Part shown: positions 7,052-15,984 of the stretch, piece by piece
Numbering within the stretch: position 1 is the first letter of the stretch
Layout of the letters: each line of letters begins with the position of its first letter
The notes under the pieces: model-generated
Told to the model about the DNA's origin: nothing
The model's database searches: none
What the model saw: only the letters and a program-made list of their open reading frames with translations
NCBI GenBank assembly: GCA_019242655.1
Contig: JAFAVH010000115.1
Coordinates: 1 to 40,822, forward strand
DNA from: Methylobacteriaceae bacterium
Lineage (GTDB): Bacteria > Pseudomonadota > Alphaproteobacteria > Rhizobiales > Beijerinckiaceae
Reading direction: 5' to 3'
Length of the DNA: 40,822 nucleotides
Position numbers and translations under genes: made by a program

Positions 7052-9121
7052 TTGATCGGCTCCTCGCGTCGCGCATTTCGAGATGTGGTCGTTCGCGCCG
7101 ATGCCGCTCGCGACGAAGGGCGGTTCTTGGAGGCCGCCGTCCTCTACCGGGAGGCCAGCAGGCTGGTGCCGGGCCACGCTGGCGTGCGGGTTCAGCGCGG
7201 CAACATGCTCAAGGATTGGGGCGATCTAGCTGGCGCTGAAGCGAGCTACCTCGAAGCCAAGCGTCTTATCCCCAATGATCCTGATCTCGCGATGCAGCTT
7301 GGCCATCTCTACAAGATTGGCGGCCGTCTCAAGGAGGCAGTCGCCTCTTACGAGCGCGCAATCTTGCTTCAGCCCGGTTGGGAGGAGCCGGTTCGAGAGA
7401 TTGAGGGGCTGCGCAAGCATGGCTGGCGCGGCGTCCGTAGCGCGGCGGATCTGCACGAGTTCGTGCCGCCTGCTGCCGAGCCTGCAGCGGGCGACTATTC
7501 CGCGGCGCGATCAGCGGCGGAGGTGGCGCGCCTCATTCCGGCGCTGGCGCCGCGCCGCTACCAGGACATGTTGTTCCGGCACCATGACCACATTGAGGTG
7601 CGTAAGCTCGGCCGCCAGGAGGTGGGCTACTGGGGCAAGCGACGAACGCTGCGGGGCGTAGAGGCGCTCCACGGCTTTTGCATCTCTGAGGTCCCGATCG
7701 TCGAACTCGAAGTGCTGCTGAACGGAATTGCGATCCACCGCGCTCCGATGTCCGGCGGCTACGCACTCACGTTCGAGCAGGACAAGGAAAGGATCAAGAA
7801 GTACGTCTACAACGTTTGGATCGACTTCTCGCTCTTCGCTTACGGCCTTCATGTGATCGAGCTGCGCTTTCTCGACGCGGATGAGGAGACGCGCTCCTTC
7901 CACGACGACGTGGTGATAGCCGAGCCGGTTACCGAGGGCGAGTATCCGGAATCGGACGGTCTCGTTTCGGTTTCGCACGATGATCCGCGTTCTGTTGAGC
8001 AGCAAATCCGCGAGCGACCGAGCATGGTTCGCTCGGCGAAGCGCGCCTTGTTCCCGAACGGGGTCCGCAACGTGCTCGTCATGCGCACCGACCAGCTGGG
8101 TGACATGGTTGCGTCCATTCCCGCCGTGCAGCGCCTGCGCGAGCTCTTTCCCGACGCACGTCTCGTCGGCCTGATGACGCCGGCGAACGTCGAATTCGCG
8201 AACAGCCTGGGCTTGTTCGACGAGGTGATCGGCGTCGACTTTCCCGATGATCGCCTCGAACGCCGCCGCCTTATGTCACTTGACCAGCAGCAGGCGCTTC
8301 GGCAGCTCCTCAAACCTTATAAGTTCGATATTGCGGTCGATCTTGCGCGGGCAGGGGTCTCGCGCGATCTGTTGCTGCTGACCGGCGCACAGTTCAAATA
8401 TGGCGTCGGCGGCGAGGACTGGCCATGGCTGTCATCGCACTTCATCTTCAACACCCACGACCGATGGACCAACCACGACATGACGCCCCACAGCACGAAG
8501 GTGCTGGCGCTCGTGGAGGCTCTCGGCACGCTCATCGATACGCAGGCGCCGATCATCCGCAGGCAGGACCTGTCGCGCGATCGGCTCCGCGGCTACGGCG
8601 TGCTGCCGACTGATCGTTTCGCGGTGCTGCACATGGGCGCCCGCATCGGCTTCAGCCGCTGGCCATATCATGCCGATCTCGTGGAGATGATACTGGCCGA
8701 GACGGACCTCAAGGTCGTGATGATCTCGGAAGACGCGGAGGTGCGCAACCATCTGTCGGCTGAAATGCTCGCCAACTACCGCGTGCTGTTGCTCGACCGC
8801 CGTCTCCCGTTCGACGATTTTGACGCATTCCTCTCATTCGCCTCAGTGATGGTCGGGAACGACTCCGGCCCGAAGCATCTCGCATCTCTGCGCGGAACGC
8901 AGACCGTCACGATCTTCAGCGCGCGCATCAATTGGACCGAGTGGGGCCAGGAAAATGTCGGCGCTATCATCAGCCGGCGGATACCCTGCGCGGGTTGTGC
9001 GATCCTTCACGAGCCCGAGGATTGCGGCAAGGAATTCGCCTGCGTCATCGACATCAAGCCTCGCGAGGTGTTTGAGACGGTGCTCGGGCTGCTTCCATTG
9101 GCAGAGGAATTCAAACAGTGA
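7052..9121 (+). CDS. Three-domain TPR / beta-rich middle domain / GT9 heptosyltransferase-like protein, paralog 1
   Basis: 689 aa. N-terminal TPRs (AAVLYREASRLVPGHAGVRVQRGNMLKDWGDLAGAEASYLEAKRLIPNDPDLAMQLGHLY...). Middle block has RGVEALHGFCISE...KYVYNVWIDFS. GT9 core has VLVMRTDQLGDMVASIPAVQRLRELFPDARL and MVGNDSGPKHLASLRG. Four-Cys tail at 8987..9043. Confidence 0.85.
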   Translation: MIGSSRRAFRDVVVRADAARDEGRFLEAAVLYREASRLVPGHAGVRVQRGNMLKDWGDLAGAEASYLEAKRLIPNDPDLAMQLGHLYKIGGRLKEAVASYERAILLQPGWEEPVREIEGLRKHGWRGVRSAADLHEFVPPAAEPAAGDYSAARSAAEVARLIPALAPRRYQDMLFRHHDHIEVRKLGRQEVGYWGKRRTLRGVEALHGFCISEVPIVELEVLLNGIAIHRAPMSGGYALTFEQDKERIKKYVYNVWIDFSLFAYGLHVIELRFLDADEETRSFHDDVVIAEPVTEGEYPESDGLVSVSHDDPRSVEQQIRERPSMVRSAKRALFPNGVRNVLVMRTDQLGDMVASIPAVQRLRELFPDARLVGLMTPANVEFANSLGLFDEVIGVDFPDDRLERRRLMSLDQQQALRQLLKPYKFDIAVDLARAGVSRDLLLLTGAQFKYGVGGEDWPWLSSHFIFNTHDRWTNHDMTPHSTKVLALVEALGTLIDTQAPIIRRQDLSRDRLRGYGVLPTDRFAVLHMGARIGFSRWPYHADLVEMILAETDLKVVMISEDAEVRNHLSAEMLANYRVLLLDRRLPFDDFDAFLSFASVMVGNDSGPKHLASLRGTQTVTIFSARINWTEWGQENVGAIISRRIPCAGCAILHEPEDCGKEFACVIDIKPREVFETVLGLLPLAEEFKQ

Positions 9122-11178
9122 CGCTGGCCTCGTTCCTGCGAGGCCGGGGAGACCGCGCCAATCCGCTCAGAACACTGGGACGAGACATGCTTCGCCGCGC
9201 GGATCAGGCGCGAGATCGTGGCGCGCATGCCGAGGCGGCCATCCTCTACCGCGAGGGACTGCGCCTGCTGCCGCATCGCGCCGACATCCACGTTCAGTGC
9301 GGTAACATGCTAAAGGAATCGGGCGACTTCGGGGGGGCCGAGATCCACTATACCGCCGCCGCTCGTGGTCTGCCGGAGGATGCCGACTTGGCTCTCCAGT
9401 TCGGGCACCTCTACAAGAGCGCCGGTCGCCTGGATGACGCAGTCGATGCGTATGAGCGCGCGTTGCGGCTCAAGCCTGGCTGGGACGCTCCCGTGCAGGA
9501 GCTTGCAAAGCTCAAGGGTGCTGGGTGGATCGGCGGTCTCGCCGCCGACGCCGCTGCTCAGCCGATACTCCGGAAGGAGGCAAGTGCGTCGCGACTTCCG
9601 ATCGGCTTGGGCGCAAGGCCTCTTACCGAGCTGCTTCGCAATCATGCAGAGGAAATCGAATTCCGGCGCCTGGGTAGGAAGGAGCGGACTTATTGGGGCG
9701 TGTTGCCGGTGCTTCGGGGCGTCGAGGCGATCCGCGGCTTCTGCATTTCCGAGGAACCGATCCTCTCGATCGAACTGTACCTCAATGATGAGCTGATTTA
9801 TCGCGCACCGCCTGCCGCCAGCTTTCCGCTAGTCCTGGAACGTGAAAATCCACGGTTGCGCAAATATGTGTTCAACATTTGGATCGACGTGTCCGGCTTC
9901 GTGCGTGAGCGGCATGAGCTTGAATGCCGTGCTCGGCGGGCGAGGGGCGGCTCGATCTCACGCCGCGAGCAGCTCTGCATTGATGCAGTTCCCGAACGCT
10001 CGCTGCTTCCCGAAAGCGACGCGAGGCTGAAGGGGCGCGATCGGCGCATCCCGCTATCGCTCGACGCGCAGATCAATGCGCGTCCCAGCCAGATCAGACC
10101 GGCAGGGCAGCCGCTGCTGCGGGAGGGGCCGCGCTGCATCCTGGTGCAGCGTGCGGATCAACTCGGGGATCTCGTGGTGTCGGTGCCGGCGCTGCGCCGC
10201 CTCCGATCGATGTTCCCAGAGGCTCGTCTCGTGGGGCTCGTCTCAAGGGCAAACGCCGAGCTCGCCGGAAGCCTTGGCCTCTTCGATGCTGTCCTGACGA
10301 TCGACTTCCCGCTCGTCCTGCCCGAATCGCGGCGCGTGCTCTCGACCGAGGGGTTCACGTCGCTTCAGGCGCAGCTCAAAGGCTTCGTCTTCGATCTCGC
10401 GATCGACCTCAGCGAAGCAGAATCGTCACGATTGCTGTTGCCGCTGTCGAACGCTCCGGTTTTGGTCGGCTACCGCAGCGGGCAGCTGCCCGGCCTGGAC
10501 ATCGACATATCGGCGAACACCTACGACAAAGCGAACGATCATGAGATCGTGCCGCACGCCAAGAAGGCACTGGGTCTGATCCAATGGCTTGAGGTTGTGC
10601 TGTCCAACGAGCCGAACATCGCTCGGCGCGATGACCTTGATCAGGCCCGCCTCGCGGATTTCGGACTGGTGCCGGGCACCCGCTTTGTGGTTCTTCACGC
10701 GGGTGCGCGTGCCAGGTTCAGCCGGTGGCCGCATTATCTCGAGTTGGCACATATCTTAGTCGAGAAGACGGATCTCCACGTTGTGATGATGGCCGTCGCC
10801 GGCGAGGAGCCGCCGATTCCGGATGCGCTGGCGCGATCTGGTCGTTTCCAGATGATCAGCCGGTTGCTCGACTTCGATGATTTCGATGCGCTGCTCACCT
10901 TCTGCGCCATATTCGTTGGTGACGACTCCGGGCCGAAGCACCTCGCGTCGCTCCGCGGCGCCAAGGTCGTGAGCGTGCAAACCGCGCGAAACAACTGGAT
11001 GGAGTGGGGCCAGATGACGGCGGGAAGCATCATCACGCGTAGCGTGCCATGCGCCGGCTGCCTCATCCAGAATGACACCGATGCACAGGAATGCGGACGC
11101 GACATCGTCTGCCTCACCGGCATAGCCCCGCATGAGGTGTTCACGGCGATAGAGCGGCAATTGGCGCAAGGCTCTTAA
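9118..11178 (+). CDS. Three-domain TPR / beta-rich / GT9 heptosyltransferase-like protein, paralog 2
   Basis: 686 aa. The GTG start overlaps the upstream TGA (GTGA at 9118..9121). The architecture and motifs are colinear with paralog 1: RGVEAIRGFCISE, KYVFNIWIDVS, ILVQRADQLGDLVVSVPALRRLR, FVGDDSGPKHLASLRG, PCAGCLIQNDTDAQECGRDIVC. Confidence 0.85.
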   Translation: MTLASFLRGRGDRANPLRTLGRDMLRRADQARDRGAHAEAAILYREGLRLLPHRADIHVQCGNMLKESGDFGGAEIHYTAAARGLPEDADLALQFGHLYKSAGRLDDAVDAYERALRLKPGWDAPVQELAKLKGAGWIGGLAADAAAQPILRKEASASRLPIGLGARPLTELLRNHAEEIEFRRLGRKERTYWGVLPVLRGVEAIRGFCISEEPILSIELYLNDELIYRAPPAASFPLVLERENPRLRKYVFNIWIDVSGFVRERHELECRARRARGGSISRREQLCIDAVPERSLLPESDARLKGRDRRIPLSLDAQINARPSQIRPAGQPLLREGPRCILVQRADQLGDLVVSVPALRRLRSMFPEARLVGLVSRANAELAGSLGLFDAVLTIDFPLVLPESRRVLSTEGFTSLQAQLKGFVFDLAIDLSEAESSRLLLPLSNAPVLVGYRSGQLPGLDIDISANTYDKANDHEIVPHAKKALGLIQWLEVVLSNEPNIARRDDLDQARLADFGLVPGTRFVVLHAGARARFSRWPHYLELAHILVEKTDLHVVMMAVAGEEPPIPDALARSGRFQMISRLLDFDDFDALLTFCAIFVGDDSGPKHLASLRGAKVVSVQTARNNWMEWGQMTAGSIITRSVPCAGCLIQNDTDAQECGRDIVCLTGIAPHEVFTAIERQLAQGS

Positions 11179-12507
11179 ATGGTCCGCTCGCCCGAAAGCA
11201 AAGCCTTGGCGGATGCCGCGATCACGGGCTGGCGAAGCATGACCGACGCGAAGCCGCAACTGCTCCGCGCGCTGCTCCGCGCGGATCGCGCCGACTCGCG
11301 CCTCCAGGATCTGCTCGATTGTGCCGAGCTGGCCGCGGAACTGAACCTGCCCAAGCAAGCTGCGGCGCTTTATGGGCTCGTGATCCTGCAGCTTGGCACT
11401 AGGCGCGGTGTTGCCGTGATGACGGCAGTCAACGCCCGCCTGCGCCTCTGGACGGAGGCTGTGGTTCATCCTGTAGCGGCATCGCCATCGGCATTCCCGG
11501 CCGATATTGCGATCTCGCAGATCGTGGGTTTTGCCGGCTTGGGCATCGTCGCGCCGGCGATCCCGACCGACCTCGGCCAGCTACTGCCCGCCGCCGCCGT
11601 ACCGCCGCCTACCTTGCCGCCGCCGCTGTCGGCCAAGATCCCGCCAGTTGCTTCGCAAGCGGCTGATATCCTGCGGCTCATGCCGGAGGCTATGCTGGCC
11701 GGCTCGGGGTGGTCGCGCGACCTGCGGACGCTGACGCCCCGTCTCATACAGCTAGCCGTGCCGCCTCTGGCCGAGCGGATCAATGCCGATGCCGCGCAGC
11801 TGGTGGAGCTGCTTGTGCTGCGAAAGCTGCAGGAATTCGTCTCGATCAACAGCGACCTGCTCGCGGCCGAGGCAGACCGAGTGGATCCGTTCGAATGGGC
11901 TGCGGATCTCGATCCTGCGGCGTTGGGACCTTACTTCTCGCGCGCACGGCTGCTCTTTCGCACAGCGCGGGACGTCTTCTCGCTCTACGATGCCGCGAGC
12001 GCAGCAGGCGGGGGCGCCGCGGGCTTCGAGAGCTGGTGCCTCATTGCTTCCGCGCAGCTCCCGGACTCGATGCTGGAGGATCTGATCGACGAGCTTGGAG
12101 ATCGCGGTATGGCGACCGTCCTCACCCTGCTGTTAGCCCGCGCTGCGCGAGACGTCCGCGTCGAAAAGCCGCAAGGATTGGTGTGGAAGATCCGTGATGC
12201 AGCGATCGACCTCGGGGAGGGGGATCTTGCGATCCGGGCGCAGGCGCTCGTGGTCCGCTGGCGTTGGTACGATCCGAACGAACGCATCATCCTCGGCGAC
12301 ATTGCGGCGACGTTCAGTGCGCGTACCGCCGCCGGCGCGGCGTATGAAAGCGTCGGGCAGGTGGCGTCGGATCACCGTCAGGCTCGGGAACGGCTCGCGA
12401 TGCTCGCTGCCGGATCAATCAAGCCTGTGACGCACGGCTATGGCTCGTCTGCCGGGCGAGCGCAGATGCGACGGGCACGCGCCGCCGCACTCGCGAGGGG
12501 CGCCTAG
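11179..12507 (+). CDS. Hypothetical Ala/Leu-rich protein, no family recognised
   Basis: 442-aa ORF. Its ATG directly abuts the upstream TAA (TAAATG at 11176..11181). Probably helical repeats; no catalytic motif seen. Confidence 0.6.
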   Translation: MVRSPESKALADAAITGWRSMTDAKPQLLRALLRADRADSRLQDLLDCAELAAELNLPKQAAALYGLVILQLGTRRGVAVMTAVNARLRLWTEAVVHPVAASPSAFPADIAISQIVGFAGLGIVAPAIPTDLGQLLPAAAVPPPTLPPPLSAKIPPVASQAADILRLMPEAMLAGSGWSRDLRTLTPRLIQLAVPPLAERINADAAQLVELLVLRKLQEFVSINSDLLAAEADRVDPFEWAADLDPAALGPYFSRARLLFRTARDVFSLYDAASAAGGGAAGFESWCLIASAQLPDSMLEDLIDELGDRGMATVLTLLLARAARDVRVEKPQGLVWKIRDAAIDLGEGDLAIRAQALVVRWRWYDPNERIILGDIAATFSARTAAGAAYESVGQVASDHRQARERLAMLAAGSIKPVTHGYGSSAGRAQMRRARAAALARGA

Positions 12508-12553
12508 CTAGATGTTTGATCCCGGGTTTTGATGGTGCATCATTCACGCCTGA

Positions 12554-13086
12554 GTGGAAGGATGCGCTGAGATCGCGGAACGCCAACTGGTCGATCCGCC
12601 CTCAGGCGCCGCGGTTCTGGCTTACGATCCGCAACGGAAGGTGGCGATGCTCATCTCGGAAATGCGGCCGCCCGTCATGATGGCTCGCCGGCACGATCTT
12701 CTCGAACTCTTCGCTGGCGCGGTTGATGATGGTCGCTCGCCCGGCGAGTGCGCCCTTTCCGAGGCGATGGAAGAGGCCGGTCTGCGTCTAAGCGAACTCC
12801 TACCGGTGGGGGAAGTCTGGATGTCACCTGCCTTCTCAACGGAGCGCGTCAGCCTGTTCCTGGCCGCTTATTCGAGGGAGGATCGGGTCGCGGCCGGCGC
12901 CGGTCTCGATGAAGAACAGGAGCACATCCGCACAAGGGAGATCAGCCTTGCCGAGCTGGCGAGCATGCACGCGCGTACCGATTGCGGGACGCGAAGACGC
13001 TGATCCTCGTGCAGACGCTCATGTTGATGCACCCGGAGCTGTTCGCCGCCGCCGCGCCGCCATCCGACCGCGAGAAGGTTACTTAA
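12554..13086 (+). pseudogene. Nudix hydrolase (ADP-sugar pyrophosphatase-like) interrupted by a frameshift near 12970..12985
   Basis: A degenerate Nudix box GAVDDGRSPGECALSEAMEEAGL lies at 12716..12784. The ORF stops at 13003. The conserved family C-terminus RLRDAKTLILVQTLMLMHPELF continues in another frame from 12979 to TAA 13084..13086. Confidence 0.6.
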
Positions 13087-13993
13087 GTAGATCGGCGTAG
13101 ATGTTACCTAAAACGGCGTCTCTATCTGCTCCAGGCCTTCGGTCGGGGATCGCATGCGGCGAAACGCTGCCGCCCTTGCCATTGAACACGACTTCGCGAT
13201 GACCGACCAGTTCCGCAATTTCCTTGAGGCTGGCGTGGCTGAACAGCCCCATATGGCCCCAGCGAAGCTCTCCTGTGTATACTCCCATCGCGCCGCGGCT
13301 AAAGTCAGAGTTAAATTTCATTGCATGCAGCAGGCTAGGCGTGTTGACCCTATGCCAACAACCCGGCTTAAGCATCCGCCGTGTTTCGGCTAAATACTGG
13401 ATCTGCACAATCTGAGGTGTGTGCTCGATGAGATCTTCATCAAAGATAAAGTCAATGCAGTCATCGGGCACGTCGACACGGTTCCCCATATAGGGAAAAT
13501 TGAAATACCATTCCGGGTGTTGGAGTGCAAAGTCAGGTGCGTTCCGGTCGATGTCAACGTTAAGGAATCCGGGGATCGGTACCTGACCAGCGCCGAAATA
13601 CACTCTGACCGGCTGGCCAGCTGCGCGCAACTCCTCCACCCGCGCGGCGAAACGCTCCATCTCCCGGTCAGGCGTCTGGGCTGTCGCATCAAGCTGCGGA
13701 AGGTCCGTTGGCGAAATCAGCTTAAAGCTCTCCCAAGCGCCGGCGGACGGGCGGTTCACTGGCGCGCTGATGCGATCGAGTTCGGCGCAGAGGAAGAGGT
13801 TATCCTTTTGGAAGGTTAGGAGACCGTCGCGCGTTCCGACGCGGTAGCCTGTTAACGGTCCTTGCGTCAGCACTTCGCCCTCTGACGCGGAATCGAGCTC
13901 GATCGCGTCACCCAAGTCGGCCCACCGCTCTAGCTGCTCAATGCGACCATCTCTCTGAGCCAGCACCGTTCCATGAACACTCAACAGAAGCAT
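13079..13993 (-). CDS. Class I SAM-dependent methyltransferase with a ~120-aa N-terminal non-catalytic domain
   Basis: 304 aa. The C-terminal half has VYFGAGQVPIPGFLNVDI ... CIDFIFDEDLIEHTP ... MLKPGCWHRVNTP (Methyltransf_11/23-like). The N-terminal part contains LFLCAELDRISAPVNRPSAGAWESFKLI. Confidence 0.75.
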   Translation of the reverse strand: MLLLSVHGTVLAQRDGRIEQLERWADLGDAIELDSASEGEVLTQGPLTGYRVGTRDGLLTFQKDNLFLCAELDRISAPVNRPSAGAWESFKLISPTDLPQLDATAQTPDREMERFAARVEELRAAGQPVRVYFGAGQVPIPGFLNVDIDRNAPDFALQHPEWYFNFPYMGNRVDVPDDCIDFIFDEDLIEHTPQIVQIQYLAETRRMLKPGCWHRVNTPSLLHAMKFNSDFSRGAMGVYTGELRWGHMGLFSHASLKEIAELVGHREVVFNGKGGSVSPHAIPDRRPGADRDAVLGNIYADLLK

Positions 13994-14291
13994 TCCCTCG
14001 ATCCCCTACTCGGATTGTTACTGCGCCTTGATCAGCGGCGACAATGGCGCTCGCCGACTACAGCATCCGCGTACCGTCCCCGAAGAGCCTATCTGCGCGC
14101 GCTGGCTCGCGCAATGTCGGCCGCCGTACGCCGGGGGAGCGTAGGCTGGCTCCCCGGCGGATCAAAGCCACTGATGCCGTGAACAAGAGATTGCTTTATA
14201 TCGCTATATATCGAGCGGCCGGTAAGCGGGTTTTCCGCGGCGAGCGCCGGTGTGAGCAATAGCTGGAAGGCGCGGCTGAGCCATGCGCCCT

Positions 14292-15894
14292 TGGAGACAA
14301 GATGGGGCGCAAGCAGGTACGGTTCGTCGGCAACTGCCAAGCGAATGCAATGGCCGGCCTATACCGGGAGTTCGTGGGCGCGCCGAATGGCGAGGAGGTC
14401 ATAGCGATCGACGATCTCGGGCTGGACGCGGCCGCGCTCCTCCGGTCGATCGAGGGTGCTGACATGGTCGTAGCCATGGAGCGCGACTTCAAGCACGGGC
14501 TTACTCAATTAGAGCTCCGCACGAGCGTCAAAATTCATGTTTTCCCGATGGTGATCGCTGGTTTTCTCTGGCCGCACGCCAACGAGTCGCATGTTCATAA
14601 CTTGCCTGAGCGACCGATCTCCGATGGACCCTACCCATCGCAGATTGGGGACAGCTTCCTCAACCGCATGATCAGGAGTGACGTGTCGCCGGAAGAGGCG
14701 CTCCAGCGCTACCTGGAACTCGACATCGCCAAATATGCGAGCCTGGACAGGTTGGTGGAGATCTACCTGGACAAGCAGCGCGAACGCGACGTGGCTACAG
14801 GCTTCAGCATCGCGCCACTCGTGGAGGGAAGGTTCAGGACAGAGCGGCTGTTCCTCACCGCGGAGCATCCAGATGGGTGGCTTTTTGGCGTCGTAGCCCG
14901 GCAGCTCTTCGAGAGGATGGGCGTGCCCGGAAGCGTCATCGAGACCGCGTTGGAGACGCTCACCCGGTCGCCCTTCCCGCCGACGGAGCTCCCGCTCCAC
15001 CCAGGCGTCATCGCGCACTTCGGACTGCCGTATGCGGACGAGGCCACCCGCTATCCGATGAACGAGGAAGGGCGCTTCACCTTCAGCGAATATGTGCTGC
15101 GCTACATGCGTTACGAGAACAACCCAGAGCTTCGCGCGGCACTCTACATGGCGACCCGCGAGGACTCATCGCTGGTGCTGGAGAAACTATACTCGGCGCT
15201 TGAGACGTCGCCGCTATCGGTCGCCGCCCACCGCACCAAGGGCGACATGCTCTTCCGACTGGGACGCGTCGGCGAGGCAATCGAGGCCTTGCAGGAGGCG
15301 ATTCGGATCGCCCCCGATCATGCACAGAGCTATGCCGATTTGGCGCTCATGCTCTCCCGCAGCGGCCAATCAGCGCGCGCCTGCGAAGTCGCGGAGCAGG
15401 CGATCGCCGTTGATCCGAAACTCGGCGGCGCCCACAGCGTGCTGGCGGAGGCGCGCATCTACAGCGGCGATTTGCCCGGCGCGCTGATGCCCGCACGTGA
15501 GGGCGTCCGGCTCTCACCGGGGCGGGCGCATGGCTACCGCATGTTTGCGATGGCACTGCACGGGACCGGCCAGTCTGTGGAGGCCGAGGGTGTGATCCGC
15601 ACCGCGATGCTGATCGAGCCAGAGGTTGCCGACCATCGCAACCTGCTCGCGGAAATACTGGAAGCTCAGCAACGACGCGAAGAAGCTCTCGACGCGCTGG
15701 AGGAAGGGATCGCTGCCGGCTGGAAGAACGATCAAACCTATTCGCTGCTCGGTAATTTCTTGCTTTGGGCGGGCGCTCTGGACCGGGCCGAGCAGGCGTT
15801 TGCGGAAGGGGCCGAGCTTTATGATCATTACAGGCCCGATTTGCGTGACTGCATGATCCAGGTGCAGCAGATAAGGGCGGCTGCACATGGATGA
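14292..15894 (+). repeat. Dispersed direct repeat copy B (partner at 2303..3905)
   Basis: See copy A. Both copies are in the same orientation, about 12 kb apart. Confidence 0.75.
14302..15894 (+). CDS. WcbI-like domain / TPR protein, paralog 2
   Basis: 530 aa, gap-free and colinear with 2313..3905. 50 of the first 60 residues are identical by direct comparison. The same GGAGAC-N3-ATG ribosome-binding context is present. Confidence 0.7.
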   Translation: MGRKQVRFVGNCQANAMAGLYREFVGAPNGEEVIAIDDLGLDAAALLRSIEGADMVVAMERDFKHGLTQLELRTSVKIHVFPMVIAGFLWPHANESHVHNLPERPISDGPYPSQIGDSFLNRMIRSDVSPEEALQRYLELDIAKYASLDRLVEIYLDKQRERDVATGFSIAPLVEGRFRTERLFLTAEHPDGWLFGVVARQLFERMGVPGSVIETALETLTRSPFPPTELPLHPGVIAHFGLPYADEATRYPMNEEGRFTFSEYVLRYMRYENNPELRAALYMATREDSSLVLEKLYSALETSPLSVAAHRTKGDMLFRLGRVGEAIEALQEAIRIAPDHAQSYADLALMLSRSGQSARACEVAEQAIAVDPKLGGAHSVLAEARIYSGDLPGALMPAREGVRLSPGRAHGYRMFAMALHGTGQSVEAEGVIRTAMLIEPEVADHRNLLAEILEAQQRREEALDALEEGIAAGWKNDQTYSLLGNFLLWAGALDRAEQAFAEGAELYDHYRPDLRDCMIQVQQIRAAAHG

Positions 15895-15984
15895 GGCGAA
15901 GGCCGAAGCGTTCACAAAAACATCATCACATCCACCAGTGCCCACATGTCGATGCTGTTGGCCGTAACGCGACGGGTAATCTCC

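Noticed and set aside
9331-9337. G7 homopolymer inside TPR-GT9 paralog 2 (a similar C7/G7 run lies at 36067..36073) as a phase-variation switch.
   Set aside because: Runs of 7 G/C are expected by chance in DNA of this composition and are shorter than tracts known to slip at useful rates. There is no supporting evidence of length variation.
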